Below are positions 18,679 through 27,937 of a stretch of 64,000 bases of DNA, one piece after another. The translations under genes were made by a program, and so were the position numbers. Every line of letters begins with the position of its first letter. The stretch's first letter is position 1. Origin of the DNA: Fibrobacteria bacterium (GTDB taxonomy: Bacteria > Fibrobacterota > Fibrobacteria > UBA11236); assembly GCA_043745805.1 (NCBI GenBank), contig JAYTSD010000029.1, positions 16,835-80,834 of the forward strand, written 5' to 3'. Below the pieces are notes generated by a model that worked only from the letters and a program-made list of their open reading frames with translations, was not told the origin of the DNA and made no database searches.

Positions 18679-21105
18679 TTAGTGTGGAGCGAGCGCTTTC
18701 CCGTTTATCCAAACACGATAGAATTGACCAGGTATAGTTGGTATGCTTTGATGTTTTAGCGACTCGAATTGGCCTGCATCCAATACAGACTCAAAAACCA
18801 CATTGGAGCGCCCCAAACCATCTAAACGAATCACTTTCACTGCTTTAGGTTGCGACCAATCATTTGGCAATAAAAACATTTGCTTTCCCATTTTCCAAAA
18901 ATTATTGCTAACCGTTGGTCTTACAGCAACCGGATGAGCTTCCGTAACAGTCATGTTAACGCGCGCGCGCAAGGTAGTTGTACCCAAAGCTTTAAATCGC
19001 AGATTAAAACTTCCACGCTGTGTATCTTTGGGTGTCCAAATTAATTTGCGACTGCTGGCATCAAAAGTCAAACCCTCCATTACCATGGGTGAGGCATAAA
19101 TATAATTCGCCGCAAGGGCAGGGTTACTCAATCCCACGTTGTATTCGATTTTTTCATCGGATTTCCAATTAATGTGAGTGGAGTCCTGAACCACCAAATT
19201 AGGAAGTGTTTGCAAATAAAAATCCAAACCTTTAGCCATATTCAAACGTCCACCGGTAATCGTTTTATTGGCATAAGCCGGAACTTGCGTGATACCTTCT
19301 AAAGCTTTAGCCCTTGTCCAAGTAATGCCCATTCTATCACAAGCTAATTTATGTAAAGCCACATAAGCTGTAACCAAAGGCGCAGCAACAGAAGTACCCG
19401 AGACAGTAACATAATTGACAGTAGAAGCCAAAGCCGGATCACTCACTTTAATACTAAGGCCATCTATTTTTAAAGCTCTGCCGGTTACCGAAATATTATT
19501 GTTCAACACGGTACGAAAACGAAGTAATATTTTACTTCCTTTATAAGCCTCCAAAGAATAGGAAAGCATGCGCGCAGGCATGATTTTACTGGTCAGCGCT
19601 GCAACCACTTGCCAAGTTGCATTGGGTACATCTTGGCTGGCTTCTACTACTACGTTATCATAAGTGTTGGCAGGCGTATATTCTACTTGGAAGTATAATG
19701 TCGTTCCTTCTTGATTCGTTAAATCAATACTCTTAGCCATGGTCATAGTGGTGTTTTTTCCCGACTTCCAAATAATACATTGAGGAGGATCGATAGGATT
19801 ATCCAAGCTCAATGCAAAGTCTCCGGGATTGGAAAAAACCCATTTGGATAAATCTTCATTGAACCAATCGGACCATAAAATTTTGCGGGCCGGAATATCC
19901 GCAGTGGCCACCATTTCGCCTGGAGCAGCTAAATGCACTACATTTTTTCCATAATTTGAAAAGCCACTTAAAGTGTCCGCAGGTGTGAAAGCCGCTACCA
20001 CTATGGTATTTTCATAGTTATAAGAAATTGGGGCGGGAGTATTGGTGTTAATGTCTAAGCCATTATTACCTGCGGCCACGATGATGGGAATATTTTTATT
20101 TCGCGCTGCGGCAAAGGCATTACGCATAGCAAGAATATCACCGTTACCTCCAATGCTAAAATTAATAGCCATAGCCCCATTATTCACCGCATATTGAATG
20201 CCTCGGGCAATGGCCGCTTGATCGCCATGCCCGCCCGCATCCAAAACCCTCACCGGCATAATTTTCACTTCCGCTAAAACCCCAGTCATTCCCTCTTCAT
20301 TATCAAAATTAGCGGCAATGACAGAGCTTACTACAGTGCCATGAGCCTGATAATCTTGGGGATTATTATCATTATCCACAAAATCCCAGCCTAAAGAATC
20401 ATCGATATATCCATTCCCATCATCATCAATACCAGGCTTTCCAAGCGATTCGGCTTTATTAATCCAATGATGACCTTTTAATTCCGGATGATTAAAATCG
20501 ATTCCTGCGTCGATAACCGCAATGACTAAAGTATCAGCACCAGAAAACTTATCCCATACTGGCTCCACATTAATATCCGCGCCTGCCACAGGTTTAAAGC
20601 CCATAAAAGCTCCGCCAGGAAACGTTTCTCCAGGGTTATGCAAGGCCCATTGCGGACTTTTCGCATACATCGAATCATTGGGAACATAACTGGCAAATGC
20701 GGTAGGAATAGCCTGTAAACTTAGGCCATGTTGTTTGTGAAAATAGTCCGCCAACAAGTTGGCTATGCTTTGACTGGGGGGATTTTTTTTTCCGCCTAAA
20801 ACGCGACGGGCAAAACTTGGAGAAACCACTATTCTAGAACCCTTTAGTGACCAATCCCCAACTTGGCCATTTTCTGCTTGCATGCTTTTTCTAAAAAGCG
20901 TTTTGTCTTGCGAAGCCAAAGCCTCGAATTGTAAAGGTAAGAAGCGAGCCGAATATTCGATATCAGGCTTTTGCAAAGCCTTCTGTGCCGCAGTAAGATT
21001 TACTTGCGAGGATTTGGCTTCACTGAGCTTTGAAGTAATAGTTAAGGTGTAAAAAAAACATACTACTGCGAATAAACTAGGCAAAAATTTACGATTAAAA
21101 GTCAT
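18679..21105 (-). CDS. Secreted S8 subtilase with inserted beta-domain and C-terminal Ig-like domain
   Basis: Triad IAVIDAG / HGTVVSS / GTSVAAP; oxyanion AAGN. Confidence 0.9.
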   Translation of the reverse strand: MTFNRKFLPSLFAVVCFFYTLTITSKLSEAKSSQVNLTAAQKALQKPDIEYSARFLPLQFEALASQDKTLFRKSMQAENGQVGDWSLKGSRIVVSPSFARRVLGGKKNPPSQSIANLLADYFHKQHGLSLQAIPTAFASYVPNDSMYAKSPQWALHNPGETFPGGAFMGFKPVAGADINVEPVWDKFSGADTLVIAVIDAGIDFNHPELKGHHWINKAESLGKPGIDDDGNGYIDDSLGWDFVDNDNNPQDYQAHGTVVSSVIAANFDNEEGMTGVLAEVKIMPVRVLDAGGHGDQAAIARGIQYAVNNGAMAINFSIGGNGDILAMRNAFAAARNKNIPIIVAAGNNGLDINTNTPAPISYNYENTIVVAAFTPADTLSGFSNYGKNVVHLAAPGEMVATADIPARKILWSDWFNEDLSKWVFSNPGDFALSLDNPIDPPQCIIWKSGKNTTMTMAKSIDLTNQEGTTLYFQVEYTPANTYDNVVVEASQDVPNATWQVVAALTSKIMPARMLSYSLEAYKGSKILLRFRTVLNNNISVTGRALKIDGLSIKVSDPALASTVNYVTVSGTSVAAPLVTAYVALHKLACDRMGITWTRAKALEGITQVPAYANKTITGGRLNMAKGLDFYLQTLPNLVVQDSTHINWKSDEKIEYNVGLSNPALAANYIYASPMVMEGLTFDASSRKLIWTPKDTQRGSFNLRFKALGTTTLRARVNMTVTEAHPVAVRPTVSNNFWKMGKQMFLLPNDWSQPKAVKVIRLDGLGRSNVVFESVLDAGQFESLKHQSIPTIPGQFYRVWINGKALAPH

Positions 21106-21340
21106 GCACTAAGTATAAGGGATAAGCCTCAAATAAGCTTTTTGTTTATCCGTCATTTTTATAGAAAATAGGGGAAAACTTTATTTTTTTCGCTTAAGTT
21201 GTACCCAATAAGGCAAGTCATTTCCATTTAATATCTTTTGAATAAAATAATTCGCCTGAAAAACCTTAAATTTGTACAAATTCGACACTTATGACCTCAT
21301 ATTTTCGATTACATTAATTGCAAACTTAAGGGGGTAGTAA

Positions 21341-22060
21341 ATGATAAAAGCGAATTTTCTTCGTTATGGATTAATAGCCGTGATAAGTATCGCAATAGGT
21401 TGTTCTTCGACTAGTCAAATTCACCCTAAAATCCCGAAAACAGATGATTTATTGGAGCTACTAACTGGCTTTGGAGAATCGCTGTCAAAAAAGAATTTCA
21501 CTTTAGCGGCTGAGTATTTGACTCCTGAAGATCGAAATTTATTGATGGATTCGGAAGGCAATGTTCCCGAAGATAAACAAAAACTTTTATTGGCCTTGCC
21601 CTTACAAAAACTTATTCGTCATCCTTCGGTTCATGTGGAGAATGGGCACATTGCCGGCATCTATGCTTTATTGCCTAATACTAAAAGCACTGGCACAAGC
21701 GATGCCGCTGCAGCACCTACCGAAGATTATTCCGGAATAAGTGAAGCCGCAGTTACACCTACTCCTGAAGTCGCCGCAGAAACTTCCGAAGAAACCCCAC
21801 AAGAAGGCAACAATATTGGGAGCAATGCCGAGCTACAGGCAGCCACGAAAAAGTTCTTTTCCGCCTTGCAAAAGAAAAGCTGGACTTCAGCCTTAGCACT
21901 TTTAAATGAAGATGAGAGAAAGTTTTTAACCGATGATAAAGGTCGTATTAAAGAAAGCTCCAAGCAAAGATTATCCCAACTTGATCCCAAGAAAAGTGAG
22001 GGCTTAACTTTGCAAGACGGAAAAATCACCGGCATAACCTTGCTGTTACCTGCGGATTAA
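21341..22060 (+). CDS. Lipoprotein with two copies of an unrecognised ~75-aa domain
   Basis: Lipobox IAIG-C; internal duplication separated by an acidic Ala/Pro/Thr linker. Confidence 0.75.
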   Translation: MIKANFLRYGLIAVISIAIGCSSTSQIHPKIPKTDDLLELLTGFGESLSKKNFTLAAEYLTPEDRNLLMDSEGNVPEDKQKLLLALPLQKLIRHPSVHVENGHIAGIYALLPNTKSTGTSDAAAAPTEDYSGISEAAVTPTPEVAAETSEETPQEGNNIGSNAELQAATKKFFSALQKKSWTSALALLNEDERKFLTDDKGRIKESSKQRLSQLDPKKSEGLTLQDGKITGITLLLPAD

Positions 22061-22079
22061 AAAATATTTTTATTTATGG

Positions 22080-22104
22080 AGGAATGATTTGAAATATCAT
22101 TCCT
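22080..22104. terminator. Hairpin between convergent genes
   Basis: AGGAATGAT-N7-ATCATTCCT. Confidence 0.55.
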
Positions 22105-22820
22105 TATAGATTTTCACTTGCGTTTATCACCAAATTAGCTCCGTTCACATGAGGTGATGCCTCCAATAAATAGGCCACCGCGTCGGCAACTTCTTCTGGC
22201 ATTAGGAGTTTTTTCAAGGGATGTTTTTCAATTAGCATTTCCATCACTCGCTCGTCAATCTCTTCCGTCAAGGCTGTTTTCATTAGTGAAGGGGAAACCG
22301 TATTGGCAGTAATTCCCAAAGCTGCATTTTCAAACGCCCAGGATTTGCTCAAAGATTGCAAATAGGCTTTGGCTGCTACATACTCAGATAATCCCAAGGG
22401 CGGCTGATTAATTAAATAAGATGTTAGTATTGTAACAATTCTTCCAAATTTGGCTGCTCGAAATTGTTTAATGACCGCTTGAGTGATTTGAATTACTGGC
22501 AGAACATTATGAGTAAATCCAGAAGTAAATACTTCCCTATCAAATTTATGAAAAGGCTTTCGAGTTAATCCAGTAAAAGCATTATGAATCAGGCCTTGTA
22601 ATTCGAAGGAGGGGATTTCCGCACATAAAGCCGCTACGGATTTCGCATCAGTGAAGTCACAATATACAGTGCTTAAATTGGAAAATTCATTCTGCAAGAG
22701 CAGAGCAGTATGTTCAGAACCATGATAAGTTAAAATGATTCGATGAGTGGGATCTTGCAGCAGTTTTCTAGTTAATGCCAAACCCAATCCAGAAGCGCCA
22801 CCCGTCAAAAGTATATTCAT
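22104..22820 (-). CDS. SDR-family (FabG-like) oxidoreductase
   Basis: TGGASGLG, HNA, YVAAK, NTVSP. Confidence 0.9.
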   Translation of the reverse strand: MNILLTGGASGLGLALTRKLLQDPTHRIILTYHGSEHTALLLQNEFSNLSTVYCDFTDAKSVAALCAEIPSFELQGLIHNAFTGLTRKPFHKFDREVFTSGFTHNVLPVIQITQAVIKQFRAAKFGRIVTILTSYLINQPPLGLSEYVAAKAYLQSLSKSWAFENAALGITANTVSPSLMKTALTEEIDERVMEMLIEKHPLKKLLMPEEVADAVAYLLEASPHVNGANLVINASENL

Positions 22821-23209
22821 GGCAATAACCCCACACTGACTTTGCCTTTAGCTAAACGCTTCCCATGCGAATCCTTGAATTCAAATAAAAATTCCCAAAC
22901 ACCAACAGATTCAAAAAAACCATCCACTACGGCATTCAGAATTATTGGTTCCGCCAAATAAACGGGTTTAAGATATTTTATCTCCTGTGAATGAATAATC
23001 ACATTTTTAATTGGCAAGCCTTCGCCTACAAAATAGGACAAGAATCCACCAAGAATATTTCCATGCATCACCTTTCCAGCGAAGCCTTTGGATCTAGCAT
23101 AATCGTCGTCCACATGTAGCGGATTTCGATCGGCAAAAGTATCGATGAATTTTTTGTGTAAGTTGGCATCCACTAAAAACTCTTGGATAAAAGAATCACC
23201 TTGCTTCAT
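22817..23209 (-). CDS. MaoC-like hot-dog dehydratase
   Basis: DRNPLHVD...VMHG hydratase motif. Confidence 0.9.
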   Translation of the reverse strand: MKQGDSFIQEFLVDANLHKKFIDTFADRNPLHVDDDYARSKGFAGKVMHGNILGGFLSYFVGEGLPIKNVIIHSQEIKYLKPVYLAEPIILNAVVDGFFESVGVWEFLFEFKDSHGKRLAKGKVSVGLLP

Positions 23210-23451
23210 ACCGGAATTTTCATCGCAATAATTTTACACATGTCACCCACATTTTTGAATCCTTGAATTTCGCTTGCCATAAATCGGATTTTGAAATGTT
23301 TTTCGATTTCTACCACTAGTTGAATATGTGCTAGAGAGTCCCATTCTTCATAATCCGCGGCAGTTGTACCGCTATGCAAAACAATATCCTTACGATCCAA
23401 TACATCAATAAAAATATCTTTAACCTGTAGCATAATTTCGGGAATGCCCAT
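23206..23451 (-). CDS. Acyl carrier protein
   Basis: WDSLAHI phosphopantetheine site. Confidence 0.93.
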   Translation of the reverse strand: MGIPEIMLQVKDIFIDVLDRKDIVLHSGTTAADYEEWDSLAHIQLVVEIEKHFKIRFMASEIQGFKNVGDMCKIIAMKIPV

Positions 23452-23452
23452 T

Positions 23453-25165
23453 TTATACCTCTTTGATAAAATTTATTTTAGGAATAAAGTCGCTTAACTG
23501 AAGTGTCCAAAGTAGCTTGTCTTTAACAAAACCAAGATCGGCATAAAAATCTTTTACCATTCCATTCTTCGCTGTAGGAATGTATTCTCCGGATAGATGC
23601 GTGCAGCCGGCTGCTTGAGCAAGGTTAGCCAAATGATTCAGTACAAAAGTTTCCATTCCGCGTTTGAGAACACGACAACTCATAAACCAACTATGAATAA
23701 AAGCCTCATTTTTATCGATTCGCAAAATACCTACGCTAACTAATCCATAATCTCCAAACTTATCTTTAAGCGTGAAGGCGGCAGTTCGGTAGTCTAATGA
23801 TTCTGCCAAATTTTTTGCTTCCTCTTCCGTAAAGCGAATAGTGCGAAGATTAAATTGATTCGACCGTTGACTCAACTGTGCAATACGGGGAAGATTAAAA
23901 ACGCGGAAAGTTTCAACAGTAGCCTCCAAATTTAGACCTTGCAAATAATCTTCTTCCGTAATCGCAGTAACCTGCAAATTCTTTCGCGAGATTTCTTCCT
24001 GATAGAATTGCGTACGAGACCGGTCTTCAGCGGTAAACGATGAGGACTCAAACAAATTTAAATTCTCTAAGTAACTTATGTATTCAGACGGGTCCTCTGG
24101 CAATTCCGGAACGGTAACTTCGGGAAGAAGTTGACGCACTAGATTTCGTTCAAATGGACTATCATCCAAAAATACCATCGAGTCAAAACTCAAATTTAAA
24201 TTCTCTTGAATACGACGAATATTCTCTGCCTTATTCTCCCAGTTAGCCACAAAAACGGCTATGTCTTCTAACTTTAGGAGCATGTCAGGGTGGTGTAAGA
24301 ATGGCTCTCTCGCAACGATCTCATCATTTTTGCTGCATATGGCTAGGATTATTCCCCGAGCCCGCAAATCGCAAACCCAAGCTTGAAATTGCGTAAAAGC
24401 TTTTCCAACCCCTAAGTTACCCATCTGAATTTTTTCCAATCCATCTTCCCCGATAATGCCGCCCCACAGTGTATTATCTAAATCAAGAATCAGAACCTTT
24501 TTCGCTCCTCCCTCCATCGCCATAATAATTGAAACTAAGTTACGTGCTAAATCGGGGAGAAAATCTGGAGCGAAAGCCATATCTGCATGAATATAATATC
24601 GCGGAGATTGACAAAACAAGCTTCCCTTAGATCCTTGCAAAGAAGCCACGTCATTGACATAAATGCCTTCGGTATTCCGTGCGGCATCCATAATTCCCAG
24701 GTTTATTTTTCGGAGCTGATAGAGAAAAGAGAGATCTGTTTTATTTGCAAAATTTCCAAAAACAGAATCCCCACTTTCGGGAAAATTACTTTGTAGGATA
24801 CGCGCTTGGGTATGCAGAGTCAAAGCCTGCCATAAGGTCTGCATGAAATCTAAATAGGTTTCAGCAAAGCCACTGCGTGCTTCTTGGGGCGTTGCCATAA
24901 ATCTAGCTTTCAATTTTTGAATGCAAGGAAGTAATACGGCATAGTCGGCGGCAAATTGATGAAAGTCTGATCGCGAATCCAAAATTTGCATTTGGGTTTG
25001 ATCGTAAGCTTCGAATATTTCGAAAGAGAATCCCAATCCATGGCCATAACCACGAAGGGCTTTTCCCAGCAACTGAGTAGAGCTATCGGCCAACAGAGCG
25101 ACCTTTCGAATCCGGAGACCGGAAAAATCCTTCTTAAGATTTTTAACCAATAAGTTCAGTTCCAA
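23453..25165 (-). CDS. fkbH: FkbH-like HAD-IIIC glyceryl transferase/phosphatase
   Basis: LDLDNTLWGG, CSKND, FLDDSPFER, RSNQFNL, MSCRV. Likely TTG start at 25165 after GGAG (the track starts at 25258). Confidence 0.92.
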   Translation of the reverse strand: MELNLLVKNLKKDFSGLRIRKVALLADSSTQLLGKALRGYGHGLGFSFEIFEAYDQTQMQILDSRSDFHQFAADYAVLLPCIQKLKARFMATPQEARSGFAETYLDFMQTLWQALTLHTQARILQSNFPESGDSVFGNFANKTDLSFLYQLRKINLGIMDAARNTEGIYVNDVASLQGSKGSLFCQSPRYYIHADMAFAPDFLPDLARNLVSIIMAMEGGAKKVLILDLDNTLWGGIIGEDGLEKIQMGNLGVGKAFTQFQAWVCDLRARGIILAICSKNDEIVAREPFLHHPDMLLKLEDIAVFVANWENKAENIRRIQENLNLSFDSMVFLDDSPFERNLVRQLLPEVTVPELPEDPSEYISYLENLNLFESSSFTAEDRSRTQFYQEEISRKNLQVTAITEEDYLQGLNLEATVETFRVFNLPRIAQLSQRSNQFNLRTIRFTEEEAKNLAESLDYRTAAFTLKDKFGDYGLVSVGILRIDKNEAFIHSWFMSCRVLKRGMETFVLNHLANLAQAAGCTHLSGEYIPTAKNGMVKDFYADLGFVKDKLLWTLQLSDFIPKINFIKEV

Positions 25166-25357
25166 AACGGCTCCAAGAGGCGGGGAGAAACGGTAACTCG
25201 CAAACTCCCATGGAATGCTGATGGATTCTAACATTTCCGCGTTTCCATTTCTACACATTCCTGCTATTCAGGAATTTTTTCCAAGTCTTTTCGAATTAGG
25301 TTGCTCATAGGATTTTCAATTGATAGAATGTGAAGCAATGCCTAAGATGGAAAGTCC

Positions 25358-26644
25358 ATGAGAATACCCCACACGCCCATTGGAAACGCCAAGGTTACCT
25401 CAAAAAATACTCGCGTTCTCTCTAAAACTATTGTCATGAATCAAGGCGATCCAGTCTTAAATCAGGAATCCATGGAGCTCTTAATTCAGTCCATTTTAAA
25501 TATTCCTAACCTTACCTCTTCTGAAATACCCTTGATTGAATTCTTGCAAACAAATACTCAATTCCTAGCCTCGCATCAATCCGTCTCTATGGGAATTGCC
25601 GAGTACGTCATGAAAAAATCGAGCGCTAACGTCGATAGCCAAAACCAATTGAGAGTTCTTGAAACCATACGTCAGCATGATCAAGAGACTTCCGAAAATT
25701 TCATGGCATACTATCCAACAGGAAAAGAAAATACCCAAGGAGTTTTTTGGCCCGATCCAACCTTAAAACGCGGGGCCCGAAATATCTTTAATGAAATTCC
25801 CGCAGCGAAAAAATTTAAGATCATCGATAAGCAAACACCTATCGGATCTGGCGGCTGCTGTTATCAAATGTGGATTGCCTATAATCTCCAAGCAGAAAAT
25901 TTCAATTATGTTGTTACAGAACCTGATCCGAATGCCCAAAATGGCCTAAGTCCAGCCTCCGCACGCTGGGGCATACTTTTCAATTCAGCCACCTACAAAC
26001 AATTGTTGGAAAAAACCTTTGAAAACTTAATGTTACCTAGACTCCTCTGGAGTACCCAAAGCAAGGGTAAAACACTTTATTGTGATCCATTCCGTGAGGA
26101 TGTGAACTTCGAATCCATCGAAGAATATGAAGAAAATTATTATCGACACACTGAACTTGCTCGAAAAGCCATGATGAAAATGAAAGTATTCGTTATGACC
26201 TTGGGGATGAATGAAGTGTGGTATTTGCGTGCAGGAGGAGCCGCTTTATCGCGATGCCCATGGGGCCTTTCTTCCTCTCTGCTAGAAAAACGCACTTTAA
26301 CCGTTGAGGAAAATATTGCCAATCTTCAGGGTATGTTAAACGTGTGGCGCAAGTATAATCCCGATATCAAAATTATCGTAGCGGTATCACCTGTTCCCGA
26401 ACATGCAACCTTTCTAGCGGAAACTCAACATGTGATTTGCGCTAATTCTTTAGGTAAATCTATTCTCCGAATTGCCGCGCAAGAGTTTTGTGATCATAAT
26501 GAAGGTGTTTATTATTATCCGGTCTATGAATCGGTAATGCACTGTACCGAAAAACCTTGGGATGATGATCAAAGACATGTTTCCACCGAAGGAAAAGATA
26601 AAGGTGCGGCATTATTCCACCATATGTTTGTAAAAGAAGAGTAG
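25358..26644 (+). CDS. GSCFA-domain (SGNH-like) protein, Ser-to-Cys variant
   Basis: PIGSGGCCYQ (for GSCFA), VFVMTLGMNEVW, VSPVP, AN..GKSILR, YYPVYE, DQRHVS. Confidence 0.8.
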   Translation: MRIPHTPIGNAKVTSKNTRVLSKTIVMNQGDPVLNQESMELLIQSILNIPNLTSSEIPLIEFLQTNTQFLASHQSVSMGIAEYVMKKSSANVDSQNQLRVLETIRQHDQETSENFMAYYPTGKENTQGVFWPDPTLKRGARNIFNEIPAAKKFKIIDKQTPIGSGGCCYQMWIAYNLQAENFNYVVTEPDPNAQNGLSPASARWGILFNSATYKQLLEKTFENLMLPRLLWSTQSKGKTLYCDPFREDVNFESIEEYEENYYRHTELARKAMMKMKVFVMTLGMNEVWYLRAGGAALSRCPWGLSSSLLEKRTLTVEENIANLQGMLNVWRKYNPDIKIIVAVSPVPEHATFLAETQHVICANSLGKSILRIAAQEFCDHNEGVYYYPVYESVMHCTEKPWDDDQRHVSTEGKDKGAALFHHMFVKEE

Positions 26645-26671
26645 TGGTTTTACTCTTATCGACTTGATAAC

Positions 26672-27823
26672 CTATTTCGAACTAAATAAAACAATCAACA
26701 ATAAAGCTGCACCAGCCATGCCTCCAACGGTCCACCACAAAAATTGATTGGCTTTTTTGGAAACGGGTTCTTCTTCATTGCCTTCTTCATCAAAATTGGT
26801 TTTGGGTGCGGGTTCAGCGGCTTTGGAGCCGCCGAGTAATGGTAAAGTCATGGCATACGTTAAAGCGTCATTTTTTTTCACGACAAATGATTTGCAAAGG
26901 TTTTGATAACCAGGGCTTGATCCGCAAACTTCATGCTTGCCCGGATTTAAAGGGAAGCGAGGCGTATTACTTCCCATGGTCGTGCCATCGATAGTGATAA
27001 GGGCGCCGGTAGGAATTAGGGAAAGATTAAGCCAAGCGGCTTCTTGCTCTTGCAGAGCGCGTGCGAAATCACCTAAACCGGGACTCAATAATTTATCATA
27101 GGCTTTAGCGAATACTTTTTTAAGATTAGTGCTGGTGCCGCTTTCTAAATCGTATAAAGTAGCGGTTAAAGTAAAATTCGTATCAATTTGATCTAAGCTT
27201 ACGGTTAAAATTTTATCGGTTGTTAACCGCGAGGCTACGTCCAAAATGCATTCTTTATTTTCACATTTTTCCGAAGTAACGCGCTTCTTTTCCAAAGTTT
27301 CCTCAACTGCATTTCTGTCTAAGGTGTGAAAAATGGGTAAAGATTGTAGTTCGGCAATTAGTTGTCGAGTGAGTCCTGCCTGATCTTCGGGGCGCAATGC
27401 CTTACCATAAATATCCATTACGGCTAAACTTGGGATTAAAGCTTTGCCTCCCTTTTGGGCTTGTACTTCTTTTTTGATTTTTTTGAAATGTACTAATTGA
27501 CTATTACTCGCATAGGTATCATGAATAGAGGCAAAAGGATCTAATTCGAAAAGACGGAAAAATAATTTGTCTGCTTCAGCAATTTTCTTGGGATTTGACG
27601 AACAAATCACACCTAAATTTTTAAAGATGTAGACACTGTCTTGAAAGGTTAAATCCTTTTGTTTCTTTAAATAACTACGCAGAATCTTTTCTGCTTTACC
27701 GACCTCCCCTTCGGATAAATTATTATCAACTAATTTACGATCCACCACCTGTGCAGAAACCAAACAGGCAGAGCCAAGCAAACAAAGTAAAGCGAGCGAA
27801 GAAAGCCAAAGTAGTTTTTTCAT
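26672..27823 (-). CDS. Exported PEGA-domain protein
   Basis: Signal peptide, TPR-like helices, CsgG/TolB-N-like middle with C..KEC, PEGA (PTGALITIDG...G.H...PGY), C-terminal TM. Confidence 0.7.
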   Translation of the reverse strand: MKKLLWLSSLALLCLLGSACLVSAQVVDRKLVDNNLSEGEVGKAEKILRSYLKKQKDLTFQDSVYIFKNLGVICSSNPKKIAEADKLFFRLFELDPFASIHDTYASNSQLVHFKKIKKEVQAQKGGKALIPSLAVMDIYGKALRPEDQAGLTRQLIAELQSLPIFHTLDRNAVEETLEKKRVTSEKCENKECILDVASRLTTDKILTVSLDQIDTNFTLTATLYDLESGTSTNLKKVFAKAYDKLLSPGLGDFARALQEQEAAWLNLSLIPTGALITIDGTTMGSNTPRFPLNPGKHEVCGSSPGYQNLCKSFVVKKNDALTYAMTLPLLGGSKAAEPAPKTNFDEEGNEEEPVSKKANQFLWWTVGGMAGAALLLIVLFSSK

Positions 27824-27937
27824 AATTTATTTCTCCCGAAACAAAAATCGTCTCAAAATGTCGAGGTATATAGTAATTTTTCACTCTGAGAATGTCCAAC
27901 ACTCAGGTTGAGAAACTCTTTAAAAAAACGAGTCTTT

